NCBI GenBank assembly: GCA_951406725.2
Contig: OX597820.1
Span: 10,168,001-10,232,000, forward strand
From: Octopus vulgaris
Taxonomy: Eukaryota
Direction: 5' to 3'
DNA length: 64,000 nt
Shown here: one piece after another, positions 14,651-26,732 of the stretch
Layout: each line of letters opens with the position of its first letter
Numbering within the stretch: the first letter of the stretch is position 1
Made by a program: the position numbers and the translations under genes
Notes under the pieces: generated by a model
Told to the model about the DNA's origin: nothing
Database searches by the model: none
The model's input: the letters and a program-made list of their open reading frames with translations, nothing else

Positions 14651-14815
14651 TGTGTTTGTTTGTCCCTCTAGCATTGCTTGACAACCGATGCTGGTGTGCT
14701 TATGTCCCCGGCTTACAAAAGAATAAGTCCCGTGGTCAAGTTGCTCGATTAAAGGCGGTGCTCCAGCATGGCCGCAGTCAAATGACTGAAACAAGTAAAA
14801 GACTAAAAGAGAGAG
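14296..14815 (+). mobile_element. CORE-like SINE pair (old 5' part plus a near-complete younger copy)
   Basis: GTGGTAAGTAGCTTGTTTACCAACCACATGGTTCCGGGTTCAGTCCC...CTTGGGCAAGTG...AGTCAAATGACTGAAACAAGTAAAAGA. Confidence 0.85.
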
Positions 14816-15429
14816 TAAGAATATATATATATAAATGAAAATATGCACAGACGTGGTCATGTGCACCCACAAATACAGATATGTTAAAAACTAATAACGT
14901 GCACGCGTGCACACAGAGAACGTACAAACACGTCAGTACTACAGAGCCATGTTTATACATAGCATACATGCAAATGCATACACTTAGGTGCTGGTACGTA
15001 CTAATACAGCCACATATTAACAAGCCCCGGGAACTGCTAACTCAAAAAGTGTTTTCTTTCATTTTATTAGCGAACGGCTTGAACTCCTTCAAAAAGAGCT
15101 TAAATAAAACTCATAGAGAACATACGAAACCAGACAATGATTACACATATATACTAATAATAATTGTCTTATTTGGTTTTGTTACAGTATGCCTCGGGGA
15201 CAATCTGGAAAAGGATTTTTCTTTTTTTTTCCTGTAAAAGAAACCAGTCAGCTATCGTGCAATATTTAAGAAGAATATTTCAGAATAGTATGCGAAACTT
15301 CTCTCACGCTCAACATGAGAATTTGTCTTTTGTTATCCATATTCGAAGGACAACGGAGCTTTGTCTTTTTGCTAGAAACCAGCTCCTTCCCTACGGGAAA
15401 ACTTCAAGTAATTAAAAGTAGAACGGAAC

Positions 15430-16036
15430 ACACACGCACACGCACGTAGGCACGCACACGCAAACACACAAACATACACAAACACACACAAACACACACA
15501 CACACACGTATGCACGCACGCACGCCCACACGCATGCGCACTCACACAAACACACACAAACATACATACATACATACATAAATACATACATACATACATA
15601 AATACATACATACATACATACATACATACATACATACATACATACATACATACGCGCATACATACATACATACATACATACGTAATACATACATACATAC
15701 ATATATACATACGTACATACGTAATACATACATACATACATACATACATAGTACATACGTACATACGTACATACATACATACATACGTACATACATACAT
15801 ACATACATACGCGCATACATACATACATACATACATACGTAATACATACATACATACATATATACATAAGTACATACGTAATACATACATACATACGGAC
15901 ATACGTACATACGTACATACGTACATACATACATACGTACATACATACATACATGCGTACATACATACATACATACATACATGCATACATACACACATAC
16001 ATACATACATACATTCATTCATACATACACACATAC

Positions 16037-16067
<31 letters not shown>

Positions 16068-16109
16068 CATACATACATACATACATTCATACATACATAC
16101 ATACATACA

Positions 16110-16141
<32 letters not shown>

Positions 16142-16170
16142 CACATACATACATGCACGCACCTACACAC
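15430..16170. repeat. Compound (CA)n/(TACA)n microsatellite
   Basis: Long tetranucleotide array; source of the spurious MYVC/HTYI ORFs. Confidence 0.95.
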
Positions 16171-16479
16171 AATCTTCAACTGGAAATTTTCATAACGAAT
16201 ATTGTTATTCCGTGTTCGAAAATTAAAGATTGTTTGCATCACCCGTTTTATGTTTGACACTTAATCGTTTAGTATTATTGATTGATTAGCACTTAATGTT
16301 TAGCATTTAATTGTTTCCTGTATTCGTATTCGAAACACGCTTACCAACAAATCATTAAACAGTTTCATAAGTGAATACTTTTGAATTAAATCCAAATTTC
16401 GACCGTATGAAAGATCTCTACACTTGAATAGAATAAATGTAGACCCACGTGGTAGACATACAAACATGACAAAGCAAGC

Positions 16480-17450
16480 ACTTTTGAAGAGAAAGGGCGC
16501 GTCAGTTACATTGATCGTATATTTAACTAGTACATATTTTAACGACGTCGAGATTGAAAGGCAAAGTCCACCTCGGCAGAATTTGAATTCAGAACGTAGA
16601 GACGGACGAAATGCCGCTGAGCATTTAGTCCGACATGCTAACGATTCTTATTTCTTTATTGCCCACAAGGGGCTAAACATAGAGGGGACAAACAAGTACA
16701 GACAAAAGGATTAAGTCGATTACATCGACCACAGTGCGTAACTGGTACTTAATTTATCGACCTCGAAAGGATGAAAGGCAAAATCGACCTTGGCGGAATT
16801 TGAACTCAGAACGTAGCGGCAGAGACGAAATACCTATTTCTATTTCTTTACTACAGAGAGGACAAACAAGGACAGACAAACGGATTAAGTCGATTACATC
16901 GACCCCAGTGCGTAACTGGTACTTATTTAATAGACCCCCAAAAGGATGAAAGGCAAAATCGACCTCGGCGGAATTTGAACTCACAACGTAACGGCAGACG
17001 ACATACCGCTAAGCATTTCGCCCGGCGTGCTAACGTTTCTGCCGGCTCGCCGCCATAGTAGATGCAAATACGCGCTCAACTGGTTCTTATTTAATCAACA
17101 CCGAAGGAAATGAAAGTCAAAGTTCACCTTGGTGGAATTTGAACTCAGAACGTAAAGACGAAAGAAATGCCACCAAACATTTTGTCCGGCATGGAAACAA
17201 TTCTACCAGTTTGTCTTTAATACACGCAAATTAATCCTTTCAACTATAGGTACAAGGCCTGGAATTTGGAGTCGGTGCCAAGTCGATTACATCAACTCTA
17301 GCACTCAAATGGTACTTATTTTATCGATTCCCGACTGGATGAAAAGCAACATTTGCCGCAGCGAAATTTGAACTCAGAACGTAAAGTCAGATGAAATGCC
17401 ACTAAGCATTTTGACCGATGTGCTAACGATTCTGCCAGCTCGCTACTTCA
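16480..17450 (-). mobile_element. Multimeric Deu/Nin-domain SINE array
   Basis: About five head/domain units; young-tail junctions at 16649 and 16835. Confidence 0.85.
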
Positions 17451-17981
17451 CTATACCTAAATTATTAGTAACATATAAACGTCGTTATCTCAACCAAACT
17501 AAATGTTTCTGCTACAAAACAGACGCAGTTATCAGATGAATAAAGTACTCCACTATTTTAACTTCATTTGCAAGTGTCGGCGAATTTTCAGGAAATACAC
17601 TTAATTCTGTGTAGTTTAGTTAATCTAGCCATTTGTATTAAGGCTGTAGATATTTTTAGGAATATTTCCGGTCGAAGATAGACTGGCGTCATTCAGAAGA
17701 CGAGAATAATCCGCAGTCGACATAAAGTTATTGACTATCTAATGCTTAAATAATTATTTATCGAAATAATCTTCGCAGCATATGCCATGTCACTCTATAA
17801 TTCCGAAACAACTTCCTTTCGTTGCTAATGTTTCAGATGCCATTTCTACAAACAAACAAACACAAACACACACCTTTGGGCATAGAACTCGAGATTTACA
17901 CTTCAAAAGCTTCGGTGCCAGGCCCGTGTACAATGAGATTGTTACGGAACTTGTACATACATACATACATACATACATACA

Positions 17982-18015
<34 letters not shown>

Positions 18016-18077
18016 CATACATACACACACACATACATACATACATACATACATAATACATAAATACATACATACAA

Positions 18078-18110
<33 letters not shown>

Positions 18111-18675
18111 CAAACAAAAATACTCTGTTGTTGATGTTGAAATTCCAATGAAGGAGCCTTGGATCTAGGTTAGAAACCGGTTCTTTCTTGACAAGAAATC
18201 TTGGAACAAACTGAATAATGACATACATACACACGCACGCATGCTTGCACGCATGTACACACGCACATACGTCACACAAAAACACACGCATGCGCGCGCA
18301 TGTGAGTGTATATTACATCTAGGATTATTTGAGCTTCGACTAACATTCACAAGATTTTCATTCGGTTTGTGAAAAGGTTGCACATGTCCTAGAATATTGG
18401 TTTTACTAATTTAATATTTGCTATAAACTGTTATTTATTCCGCTCTGTTTAAATAATTGATGAGTCTCGAATTGTTATTTTTTCCCGCATTCTTATAAAG
18501 ACTTCTCTTCTACCAACTTTTCAAAATCTTGTAGTTAACTTTCATAAACTGTTCAGGCAATCTGTGGCACCACTGAACCAGACAAAGAGGCATCGGATAT
18601 CATTTTCATCGTCAGATCTTCTGCCCTTCGATTTTTGCTACTACTGTAATTCACCCTTCTCGTTTCTGCTTGTGT

Positions 18676-18725
<50 letters not shown>

Positions 18726-18942
18726 ATACACACACACCCATACACACACACACACAAACACACACACACATACACTCACACAGATATATATGTATGAATA
18801 AATATATATATATATACAGACACACACACACACATATATATAAATATATATATATACATACACACATACATATATATATGTATATATATATATACACATA
18901 CACACACACACATATATATGTATTTATATATATATGCATATA

Positions 18943-19019
<77 letters not shown>

Positions 19020-19049
19020 GAGAAAGAAGCAACAAGAATGGATTAGTTT

Positions 19050-19136
19050 TTAGTATAATTGTTTCATACAAAGACAGGCTTTATTAAAAGTTGCAAATAT
19101 TGCAGCAGATAAAAGTGTCCCGTACTCATCAGCTAA
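19050..19136 (-). ncRNA. Type I hammerhead ribozyme motif with long stem II; stem III mutated in this copy
   Basis: Minus strand: TTAG CTGATGA GTACGGGACA...TGTCTTTGTAT GAAAC AATT ATA CTAA. The inverted arm keeps GAAACAATTGTACTAA from 19183. Confidence 0.75.
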
Positions 19137-19340
19137 TATCTGCTGCAATATTTGCAACTTTTAATAAAGCCTGTCTTTGTATGAAACAATTGTACTAAAA
19201 ACTAATCCATTCTTGTTGCCTCTTTCTCGTTTATAATCACCCCACATTACTGTATGGTTAACACCATATAGTTTTCTGGTGCATCTAAGTTAAGTACCGC
19301 ATTCAAGTAAATTCATTAGAATTGACTTGAATCTTAATTG

Positions 19341-19389
<49 letters not shown>

Positions 19390-19446
19390 AACAAAATGGA
19401 GATTGGGAAGCTAATTGTTTTATTATTAACCGCAAATTAATCATCA

Positions 19447-19532
19447 TCCCTTACAGGTGTTTCAATTAATACTCAGTAAATATTAAGTAAATATCAAATT
19501 TACATAACCTGAGCATAATTTCTTCAGAGGGA
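19447..19532 (-). ncRNA. Type I hammerhead ribozyme motif
   Basis: Minus strand: TCCCT CTGAAGA AATTATGCTCAG...CTGAGTATTAATT GAAAC ACCT GTA AGGGA. Core and all three stems are present. Confidence 0.85.
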
Positions 19533-19660
19533 GAAAAATAAACCCTTAGATTTTTTTTTTTATATGTGTTTATGGATTCATTATAGCACACTGAATGATA
19601 CAGTTCAGTTTGTTATAGTGAATCCAAAAACACATGAATCATTCAAGTGTATATTTATTT

Positions 19661-19720
19661 TGCTTCTGAAGACATTATGCTCATATTTACTGACCATTAA
19701 CCGAAAATGCTGTCAGGGAG
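19661..19720 (+). ncRNA. Degenerate inverted partner hammerhead of 19447-19532
   Basis: CTGAAGA CATTATGCTCA...CC GAAA ATGCT GTC AGGGAG; downstream flank is homologous to the reverse complement of 19383-19446. Confidence 0.6.
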
Positions 19721-19924
19721 GATGATTAATTTGCTGTTAATAATAAGCAATTAATAACTTTCCAATCTCCATTTTCTTTTTCCTCTTTTATATGAATATA
19801 ATCTATGTTTTTATATATGCCCCTATTATTTTAAGGGAATTAATCCCCCAAACGTACTCGGTATGGCATCAGCATTTCTTTTGGATGAAACGATCCCTTC
19901 TTGAGGTTAACACAACCTCTAGTG

Positions 19925-19971
<47 letters not shown>

Positions 19972-20103
19972 TTTATAGAATAAAATAAATTAATTTACTC
20001 GGCAATAAATTAATTTACTCTGAAAAATAAATTAATTTACTCTGCAATGTATTGAGTACCTTATTTACTGTGGTAAACCCCGACTCAACCCGGGACCTAC
20101 ATA

Positions 20104-20160
<57 letters not shown>

Positions 20161-20418
20161 GAGTGTACTTTTACCTTGTTAACAGTTAACACGGAAAAAT
20201 AAATAAATAGTTACCAGGGCAGCAAAAATCTCACAAGTAAAGGTGTTGTAACTCCTTGTTTATAAAGGTAGAAACTTCGTGTTTACGTTGAATATTTTGA
20301 ATAATATGAATAAAAAATGGAGTTAACGCAGGTGTAAACAAGTATTTTTACTTTCGACACATGTGTCTAAAGTAAAAATACTTGTTTACATCTGCGTTAA
20401 CGCCATTTTTTATTTATT

Positions 20419-20459
<41 letters not shown>

Positions 20460-20460
20460 T

Positions 20461-20499
<39 letters not shown>

Positions 20500-20596
20500 C
20501 GGGAAGCTTTATGAAAATAAACAAAAGACGAAGGCAGGTGGAAAACAAACGAACAATTGTATTAGTATGGCGCTCAGGAAATATAAATAAAACAAG

Positions 20597-20634
20597 TCTT
20601 TAACGTTTCGAGCCTACGCTCTTCAACAGAAAGA
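20597..20634 (-). ncRNA. Variant minimal hammerhead-like motif in a (TA)n-embedded repeat
   Basis: TCTTT CTGTTGAA GAGC GTAG GCTC GAAAC GTT AAAGA; stems I and II pair, core is atypical. Confidence 0.45.
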
Positions 20635-20729
20635 TACACAGAGAGAGAAAAACACAGAAAGAAGGAGAGAAAAAAATGCGTGCAGTAATAACGAATCAAC
20701 ATGGCGATCTGATTTCGGCCAGAGGTCAA

Positions 20730-20823
<94 letters not shown>

Positions 20824-20831
20824 ATGTGTGT

Positions 20832-21108
20832 GGAGGTACATGGCTTAGTGTTTAGAGCAGCGGACTCGCGGTCGAGGGATCGCGGGTTCGAATCTCAGAC
20901 CGGACGATGTGTGTGTTTATGAGTGAAAACACCCAAGCTCCACGCGGCTCCGGCAGAAGGTAATAGCTGATTCTTTCGCCACAACTTTCTCTCACTCTTT
21001 CCTCCTGCATCTTGTAGCTCACCTGCGACAGACCGGCGTCCCGTCCAGGTGGGGAACCTATACACCAAGGAAACCGGGAAACCAGCATGGCTCGAGAAGG
21101 AACAAACA
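20832..21108 (+). mobile_element. tRNA-derived SINE with Meta/V-like central domain
   Basis: Head GGAGGTACATGGCTTAGTG...GGGTTCGAATC; CCTGCGACAGACCGGCGTCCCGTCCAGG...GGAAACCGGG. Related pieces at 10370-10587(-), 48313-48450(+, head only) and 63712-63943(-). Confidence 0.7.
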
Positions 21109-21577
21109 TATATTTGTATGTGTGGTGTATGTGTGTGTGCGTGTATGTGCATATGTGTGTATGAGTGTGTGTGTGTGTGTGTGTGTATGTGTGGTGTATG
21201 TTTGTGTGTATGTGTGTATGTTAGGCCAAATTCGATCAACCAAATTCACTCTCAAGGTATTCACTGGTCGGCTCCGGGACTACTGCAGAGGACACTTTGC
21301 CGAAGGCACCGCAAAATAGGATCGGACACCCGATACTGCGCGGCTGCAAAACGAGTTTCTTTACCACGCAGCTCCAACCGGGGCCTATAATGTAGGATAA
21401 TAACCTACGATCACATGTTTTTCTTGTTAATTGTAAAATTCAAAGAAACGATGTTTTGCGTTGTTTGTTTTTAGTTTTTGTTATTTCTGTTGCTGCCGTT
21501 TTCATTTCTATAGTTGTTAGATGTTTCTTCTTTGAGTTCAAAGGAAGAAAAACAGAAAAACAAAAAACAACAACAAA

Positions 21578-21615
<38 letters not shown>

Positions 21616-21867
21616 CGTTATTACTTCTATATTGTTTGTTCACTGGTTTTAATTAATGTAAGTTATAATCTGCAGGCAGCCATGTTTTCCCCGTTTGCTT
21701 CTGCTGTCTCACTTTTTCTTTGACCAACAAAGCACACCAAATGCAGTGTAATTTTTTATTTTCTTCTTCTTTGATGTAATTTCTATCTTTTACTACAATT
21801 TCTGTTGCGAGTATTTATTTGTTTTTGCGCTAAAATTCAATTTGCTATCGTTAATCCTCGTCTGATA

Positions 21868-21967
<100 letters not shown>

Positions 21968-22032
21968 GCAGAAAATATAATATATAAAAATAGTAGTAAT
22001 AACAACAACAACAACAACAGCAGCAGCAGCAG

Positions 22033-22102
<70 letters not shown>

Positions 22103-22105
22103 AAT

Positions 22106-23527
22106 AAGAGCACTCAAGGAGCACAAACCTCCTCCAAGGCAACACCAACGTCCTCACAACGATTAGCCAGAGATGATTTTTAGAATGAGAATATCTATAT
22201 ATAAAGCTGAAGTTGTCTGTGTGTGGAGGGTTTTGGTAGCCTTTAACTAACACTATCTCCTCCGAGACCCTGCGGCGCAAGTTGACCAAAATTGAGAGTA
22301 TGATAGAACAAGGCTTGCTCTTCATTCCTTAGAAGAAAAAATTCAAATCAGGACCATGTTAACACCAAAAAGTATTTACATAAAAAAGGTGCTTTTTTTC
22401 TATGAAAATCCCTATATTTTACGATTTTTTGACTGCTGTGTCACCATTTTTCGGTGTATTTCAACCAAAAAAATGTTCACTTAAAGAGAATAACAAGCTA
22501 CATAATGCCAAAGTTTTTCCAATTCCAATTCTAAAGGGTCGAAAAGAACACAAACCCGAGTAACGCTGGGCTATACTGCTAGTCTGAAATAAACTCGACT
22601 GCTCTCACAAACGAGAATGTTAAAAATGAACCTGACCGCTCTAAAAAATTAAGTAAAAAAAAAACCAGAAAAATTATCCAGAATCCTTGTCCGGTAACTG
22701 ATCGATCCCAATAATAGGTTTGGAATGTGAAGGTGGGTGTGCGGGCCGTGTTTGTAATGTTGTGTGTGTGTGTGTCGTCTGCAGTGGGAACAGGGTCAGT
22801 TTTCTCTATGAAGGTCCTTTTTTAGTCTATCCACTGATATAGTGTCTTTACGACCATTAAGGTCTATAGTGAAAAATTTATGCGTGCGTGAAAGAAAACG
22901 GAAAGGACCTGCATACGGTGCTGTTAACGGAGGTTTAACAACATCGTTGCACACAAAAACGTGAGTCCAAGAAGTAAAGCTTCCTTCAAGGCAGAGCTAG
23001 AAATGCAATTGTCAAGTAGGTAAGAGGTTTTAAACAGGAGCGATATATTCAAAATTGGTAAAACTAAAAATTGTCGAGGATAAATTAAATTTATCATTGT
23101 TACTGAATATGTTAATGTCATTTAATTTCTGAACGGTTTTGCTGCCGTTTGTTTATCTAGTTTGCTTTCTTTATCTTTCAGTTATTACAAAGATAGAGAC
23201 GAGAGTAAAATTAATAATAGAGAAACGAAAACAAAACTTTGGAACCAGCAATGCCGCCATAACTTACGTGGAAACCATGAGCTTGCTTTCAAGGGCGATA
23301 ATCAAAGACTTGAAAATGAACGTAAGATCATAATACTTCAGGTAAAGTAAATATAAAAAATAGTCCAGAATCCTTGTCCGGCCCAGGATTGATCCCCAAA
23401 TCTAATCAGTTCGTGCCAGTCACGAGGCCAAACATCACTGAAAGTTTCATCCGAATCCATCTAGCGCTTCAACGGACAAATGAACAAACACAACTGAAAA
23501 CAATACCTTCACCTTAGAGAAGGCGGA

Positions 23528-23530
<3 letters not shown>
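22106..23530 (+). mobile_element. Helentron/DINE-like non-autonomous element, interrupted
   Basis: 5' AAGAGCACTC...ACCTCCTCCAAGGC; 3' hairpin ACCTTCACCTT-AGAG-AAGGCGGAGGT at 23505-23530; flanked by (TAA)n; TCCAGAATCCTTGTCCGG present twice. Confidence 0.5.
22194..22582 (+). mobile_element. Non-autonomous Helitron
   Basis: Starts TC, ends with GC-rich hairpin CCCGAGTAACGCTGGG then CTAG; inserted between A and T with no TSD; second copy at 27738-28124. Confidence 0.85.
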
Positions 23531-23599
<69 letters not shown>

Positions 23600-23601
<2 letters not shown>

Positions 23602-24900
23602 CATGGTAGCACGATTATTCATAAAATACATAAATCATTCCATAAATAAATAGCAGACAGTACTACAACAAAGAGTGCTCCAGACAAAAGAGAGGCTCAT
23701 AAAAATCAAAACCATTCCCTTTAGAAGAGGGATATTCCAGGGACACAAGCTCTTTCCACTCCTTTTCTGCATGGCACTGATACCATTGTCTGACATGCTA
23801 AACAGAACTGGATGTAGATATGACTGTTACGGAAAAACAATTAGCCATCTCTTGTATATGGATGAGCAAAAACTGTACGCTACAAATGATAAATAACTGG
23901 AAACATTACTAGAGACAGTAAATGGATTTACCAAAGAAATAAAGCTTGAGGTTTTCCTCAGAAAAATGTGCCAAAGCAACCTTGAAAAGAGTCAGAAGGT
24001 CTCCCTTTATCGGAAGAATACGGCAAAATATATGCATGCACACACATACGCGCGCATACACACAGGCATAACAGATCAGATTTGGTGCTTTCATTCACGG
24101 GAATTTATGTCGATACTGGTTTGGTTTCGAATTTTTCCACAAGATCAGCAATGTTGTGGAAGGGGTAATTTGACATTGACTCCCATTGTTCAAGTGGTAC
24201 TTATTTTATCGACCCTGATAGGACGAAAGTCAAAGTCAACTTCTGCGGTATTTGAACTGAGAACGTAAAGGCGGACGAAATACTGCTAAGCATTTTGTCG
24301 GCCTGCTAACAGATTTGCCAACTCGCCGCCTTCATGCTGGTATTATACTGGTGGCCCTCCGTCGGTTACGACGAGGGTTCCAGTTGTTCCAATCAACGGA
24401 ACAGCCTGCTCGTGCAATTAACGTGCAAGTGGCTGAGCACTCCATAGACACGTGTACCCTTAAGGTAGTTCTCAGGGAGATTCAGCGTGACACAGAGTAT
24501 GGCAAGGCTGGCCCCTTTGAAATACAGGTACAACAGAAACAGGAAGAAAAAGTGAGAGAAAGTTGTGCTGAAAGAGTACAGCAGGGTTCGCCCCCCCCCC
24601 ATCCGGAGCTTCGTGAGGCTTTATGTGTTTTCGCTCAACATCACTCACAACGCCCGGCCTAGGAATCGAAACTGCGATCCTACGACCGCGAGTCCGCTTC
24701 CCTAACTGCTGAGCCATTGCGCCTCCACTGGCATCATATATAACCAACAAAAAAGACATTGCATTAAAGCACACAGGGCAGAATATATGAATGGATGATA
24801 GAGGGACCTTAGTTTTTTGACATGGTAAATCAGAGATACAAGGAGACAAAGAGATTAAAAATTATTGATCCGATATTATTGTCAAGGTTTATCAGAAAAT
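23600..24900 (+). pseudogene. Decayed R4/Dong-like RT and endonuclease fragments interrupted by SINEs
   Basis: IPFRRGIFQGHKLFPLLFC, ISHLLYMDEQKLYA, KCAKATL after a (TAA)n tract; a PDIIV-like remnant near 24870. Confidence 0.75.
24351..24728 (-). mobile_element. tRNA-derived SINE, GGAGGCGCAATGG family
   Basis: Same family as 42083-42471 and 55965-56347; partial copy at about 3540-3637. Confidence 0.85.
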
Positions 24901-25726
24901 TAAGAATCTCTTGATTATGGTAATGATGACACGCAAATGAGGAAGCATCTCACGCTGATCTAACTAGTAATCCAATCTTACTCGATTTACATTTCGCTCT
25001 CTCTAGAAATGGAAGAATAATTTGGATCATAGATTTCTCGTTATACAGTGCACGATTAAAGCCATGATTTTCGTTGCCAAAACATCTTGGATTCTGGAAC
25101 TGCTCAAGCAGAGCTGTCGTGGGCTGAACGGGTGTATGTTTAAGAAGCCTGCCTTGGAACTAATTGGTTTGGGGTTCTGTACCACCACGCGGCACTTGGT
25201 TGAAGCGTCTTCTACTATTGCACCAGGCAGATCGATGCGAATGATCTTGAAACACGGAAACCATATGGAAGCCCATTGTATGTATGTATGTATGTATGTA
25301 TGTATGTATGTATGTATGTATGTATGTATATATTCAAAATTATATATATATAATAGAAATATTAAAATTACTAAGTCTCTCTAAAATATATATATATATA
25401 TTTAAAAATAGGATAAAATCTTCATAAGAATTTATCAAGTAGTTAGCATGAAAAACACTGCACTGATTACGAAATCACAGGTAACATGGAGCTAAATTCT
25501 GTTTATAAATGTCTTGCTTCGAAAGTTTCGTTCGGTGCGATATATTTATTTATTTTAGAAGTCTTGACTTTAAGAGTCCCTCCTAGCGTGTGGCATTTAT
25601 GTGTAATAATGCCCTCTATATAATATATATATGTTGAAGGTTGAAAAGGAACACTCCAGTTGATATATATGGTGGAAAAAAGTCAAGGTAGTAAATGCAA
25701 AAATTATTTTATCATAAAAAACATTT

Positions 25727-25762
25727 CAGTACCGGTTTCAGTCATTGAGACTTTTTCAACTG
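25727..25762 (-). ncRNA. Minimal type I hammerhead with U3:A8 core covariation
   Basis: CAG TTGAAAA AGTC TCAAT GACT GAAAC CG GTA CTG. Confidence 0.7.
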
Positions 25763-26300
25763 TAAGTATGGAAAACAATTAAATTTTGGAAAAGTTAGAA
25801 CAAACGTTTTTTAAGATAATTTTTGCATAGTATTCAAATACAAGGGACATTTTCCTTGTTTCTGCCTGTCTCTGTCTCTCTTGTTTACTCCTTTGGGTTC
25901 GAGGTCGTTGTGTATTCTTGGCAGAGAAGAAGAAGAAGAAGAAGAAGAAGAAGAAGAAGAAGAAGAAGAAGAAGAAGAAGAAGAAGAAGAAGAAGAAGAA
26001 GACTGGGGGAGTGCCATGGTAATAGTAGGATGTTAGATGGTCAGGTGCCCTGAAAGTGACTTGTTGTGGGTGGTAGTAGTGATTGAATTCTTGAGACATC
26101 TCTTTTGAATGTATTGATTATAATATTGGTGTAGGTGTTATTCTAAACAGCAATAGTAGTAAAGTAAGGAAGGAGGTGGTGGAGAGAAAGAAGAAGTCCC
26201 TGAACTGGCAGAGGGGAAAATTCTGAAGCTTGGCAGAGAAGAAGAAGAAAAAAAGAAGAATTTTCTTTTAAAAAACTTTTCTTTCAACTTTGACTGTTTT

Positions 26301-26368
<68 letters not shown>

Positions 26369-26559
26369 ACATATATATATATATATACACACCTGTGTTT
26401 GTGAGTTGGGAGGGATATATTATCCGGGAGGATACCGCATTGTTTCACACTTAAATTCCAGTTTATGGCCACCCACTTCCATCAATATTTAACGGTCTGT
26501 GACTACAATTTGTCATCAGTCATTCCACTCAGTTGACTTCGAGACTGATCAAATGGATA

Positions 26560-26643
26560 GACCCTGAAGAAGCTACTCAGATAACATTGTCAGGTTGCAT
26601 GTGCAACCGCCAGTAGTGTGCGCAATGGAAACACGTGTAGGTC
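26560..26643 (+). ncRNA. Type I hammerhead ribozyme motif with expanded stem II
   Basis: GACC CTGAAGA [57 nt] GAAAC ACGT GTA GGTC; perfect stem I, palindromic stem III ACACGTGT. Confidence 0.8.
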
Positions 26644-26732
26644 ATTATGATATGCTGTATAAGATTGTAAAATAAATTTTGTGGATGAACAAGTCACCAT
26701 ACCCTTTATTATTAACGATTTTATAATATTTT

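Noticed and set aside
14775-14815. CORE-like SINE tail AGTC-AAAT-GACT-GAAAC-AA-GTA resembling a hammerhead 3' half
   Set aside because: No CUGANGA or stem I upstream in any copy; better explained as a LINE-type stem-loop plus (GTAAAAGA)n tail.
19982-20045. Three AATAAATTAATTTACTC repeats
   Set aside because: Spacers only 3-6 nt, eukaryotic context, no cas genes; not CRISPR.
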